A stretch of 64,000 nt of DNA from a virus (Duplodnaviria > Caudoviricetes): positions 64,001 to 128,000 of the IMG/VR virus record IMGVR_UViG_3300014205_000003; one strand, given 5' to 3'. The notes beneath the pieces were generated by a model. That model was given only the letters and a program-made list of their open reading frames with translations. It had not been told where the DNA came from and searched no databases. A program made the position numbers and the translations under genes. The number at the start of each line of letters is the position of its first letter. The stretch's first letter is position 1. Shown here piece after piece: positions 62,701 to 64,000 of this stretch.

Positions 62701-63341
62701 GAGCCTGCTGTCACAGGATAACAGGTGTCTTTGATTGGGAAATGGTTAGTCAGTATCTTCATCCAGAGTGTTATGCTGTTCTCCAACTTCACAATTTTGA
62801 TCCCTACGAAGATGACTACGAACCGTCTGGCTACTACAGGGGATTTGACGTAAATACAGAACAATGTACCAAAGAGGAGATGCTCCTTGGCTAAACAAAC
62901 AGTAGTAAATGTGAAAGAGTTGCTTGAGTCGTTAGAAGCGACTGAGAGGGTGTGGGAAACTCGTCTTAAGGAAATTATAGCAGAAAGAGATTACGGCAAA
63001 GCACATTTTCGAGATGGGATGCTGTCAGGATTGAAAACTGCTATAGAGCAAATCAAGGAACAAGCTAGTGGTTACTAAACGAAAGGATAAGAAGAATGCC
63101 TAAGTATCGTGCGTGGATGCCTAAAACTGTGCTGGTTGAAGCTATTCTGGATTTTGACGAACCTCTGAAGCCTGGAAAGAAGGGTGATCACAAACGTCTT
63201 GTAGCCGCTTTCCGAGACGAAGGTGAATGTCTTGCAGTGCTTTGCAGTGACTGCGAAGAGCATATAATGTTCGAGCCAGATGATCTCGAATATACTAAGG
63301 TTGAAGATACAGAAATTGAAATCACGAAGATCAGTGACTAG
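59786..63341 (+). CDS. Cluster of small hypothetical genes including paralog pairs (59786/60004, 61477/61745, 62406/62887)
   Basis: Coupled ORFs; shared motifs WWV...G.VL.A....TR..AR; MLKYY; LLE.LE...YG.A..RDG...GL..AI. Confidence 0.6.
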
Positions 63342-63449
63342 CCCTGATATTTTGTGATATTCGGTGCTACATTAGAAGTCACTCAACGACACTTGAACAT
63401 CCTCAAATGTCACTCAAACAAACTGCTAGAAACGAAGGAAAACACTGCT

Positions 63450-64000
63450 ATGGCTTCCCGTCCAATGAAATCTGCCTACACTAACGAAACCTCCGGTACT
63501 ACTGTCGTCTATCCTGCTCTGGTGAAATCCACAGGCTATGAATGGATTCCTGCTAAGCTCTCCAGCTATCAGTCCGTTACTCGCCTGCGCTTCCTCCCAA
63601 GCTTCGATGAACGCGGTCAAGAACTGGATGCTCTCGTTCCAGACGGCAACAAAGAGAATCCCGATACCTGTCTTGGCGATGCCTTCATTAAGGAAGAAGT
63701 CTTTGCTTCCTACAAGAACGGCGTTCAAGCTCTTACCATTACCAGCTTGAATCCTCTTGATCGTAAGGGAAATCCCATCCCTATGACCAATCGTACAGTT
63801 GCCAACAATATCGTTGGTGCTTATAATTGGCAGTGCGCTACGTCTGAACTGCGTACGCAGAAGGGCTACGAAGCTACCGCTCCTGACAACTGGGTTCAGC
63901 TCTTCCGCAAGAAGGTTACCAACAACAATAAGCCGAAGAGTGCTCTGCTTACTCGTTGTCTTGCTATTCAGGTTGACGGACAGTGCCGCTACGATCAGCA
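63450..64000 (+). CDS. Partial ORF, possibly a gp32-like ssDNA-binding protein
   Basis: RBS GAAGGA, open to the window end, RLRFLP motif; not in the ORF track. Confidence 0.4.
   Translation, partial: MASRPMKSAYTNETSGTTVVYPALVKSTGYEWIPAKLSSYQSVTRLRFLPSFDERGQELDALVPDGNKENPDTCLGDAFIKEEVFASYKNGVQALTITSLNPLDRKGNPIPMTNRTVANNIVGAYNWQCATSELRTQKGYEATAPDNWVQLFRKKVTNNNKPKSALLTRCLAIQVDGQCRYDQ

Noticed and set aside
1-64000. tRNA genes and host assignment
   Set aside because: No cloverleaf with canonical T-loop/D-loop was noticed, and nothing in the sequence identifies the host reliably.

Overview
64 kb segment of a large dsDNA tailed phage (standard genetic code; no tRNA, rRNA or CRISPR array seen). 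1-16.8 kb: virion morphogenesis genes (neck, tail completion, tube-like proteins, a -1 frameshifted tail assembly chaperone, a possible tape measure protein, baseplate/fibre genes, a collagen-LamG fibre). 16.9-22.2 kb: three glycosyltransferases, a sigma-70-type factor and a degenerate stand-alone Hint-like protein. 22.2-27.1 kb (minus strand): HNH nucleases and terminase large subunit. 27.7-29.1 kb: a structured non-coding region containing a type I hammerhead ribozyme. 28.5-64 kb: early/replication region with SbcD, HTH+TnpB, SbcC, SpoU methylase, an SF2 helicase split by a group I intron, DnaB, primase, and PolA split by two group I introns around an 18-nt micro-exon. Many tandem arrays of small paralogous genes lie between these core genes. 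Most notable: (i) a dispersed, strand-polarised palindromic motif GCACA-NN-TGTGC-GCG, mostly inside coding sequence; (ii) the hammerhead nested in a larger structured RNA; (iii) the twin-intron micro-exon in polA; (iv) paralog arrays showing module shuffling or shared terminal motifs. All calls come from manual reading; no database search or folding program was run.
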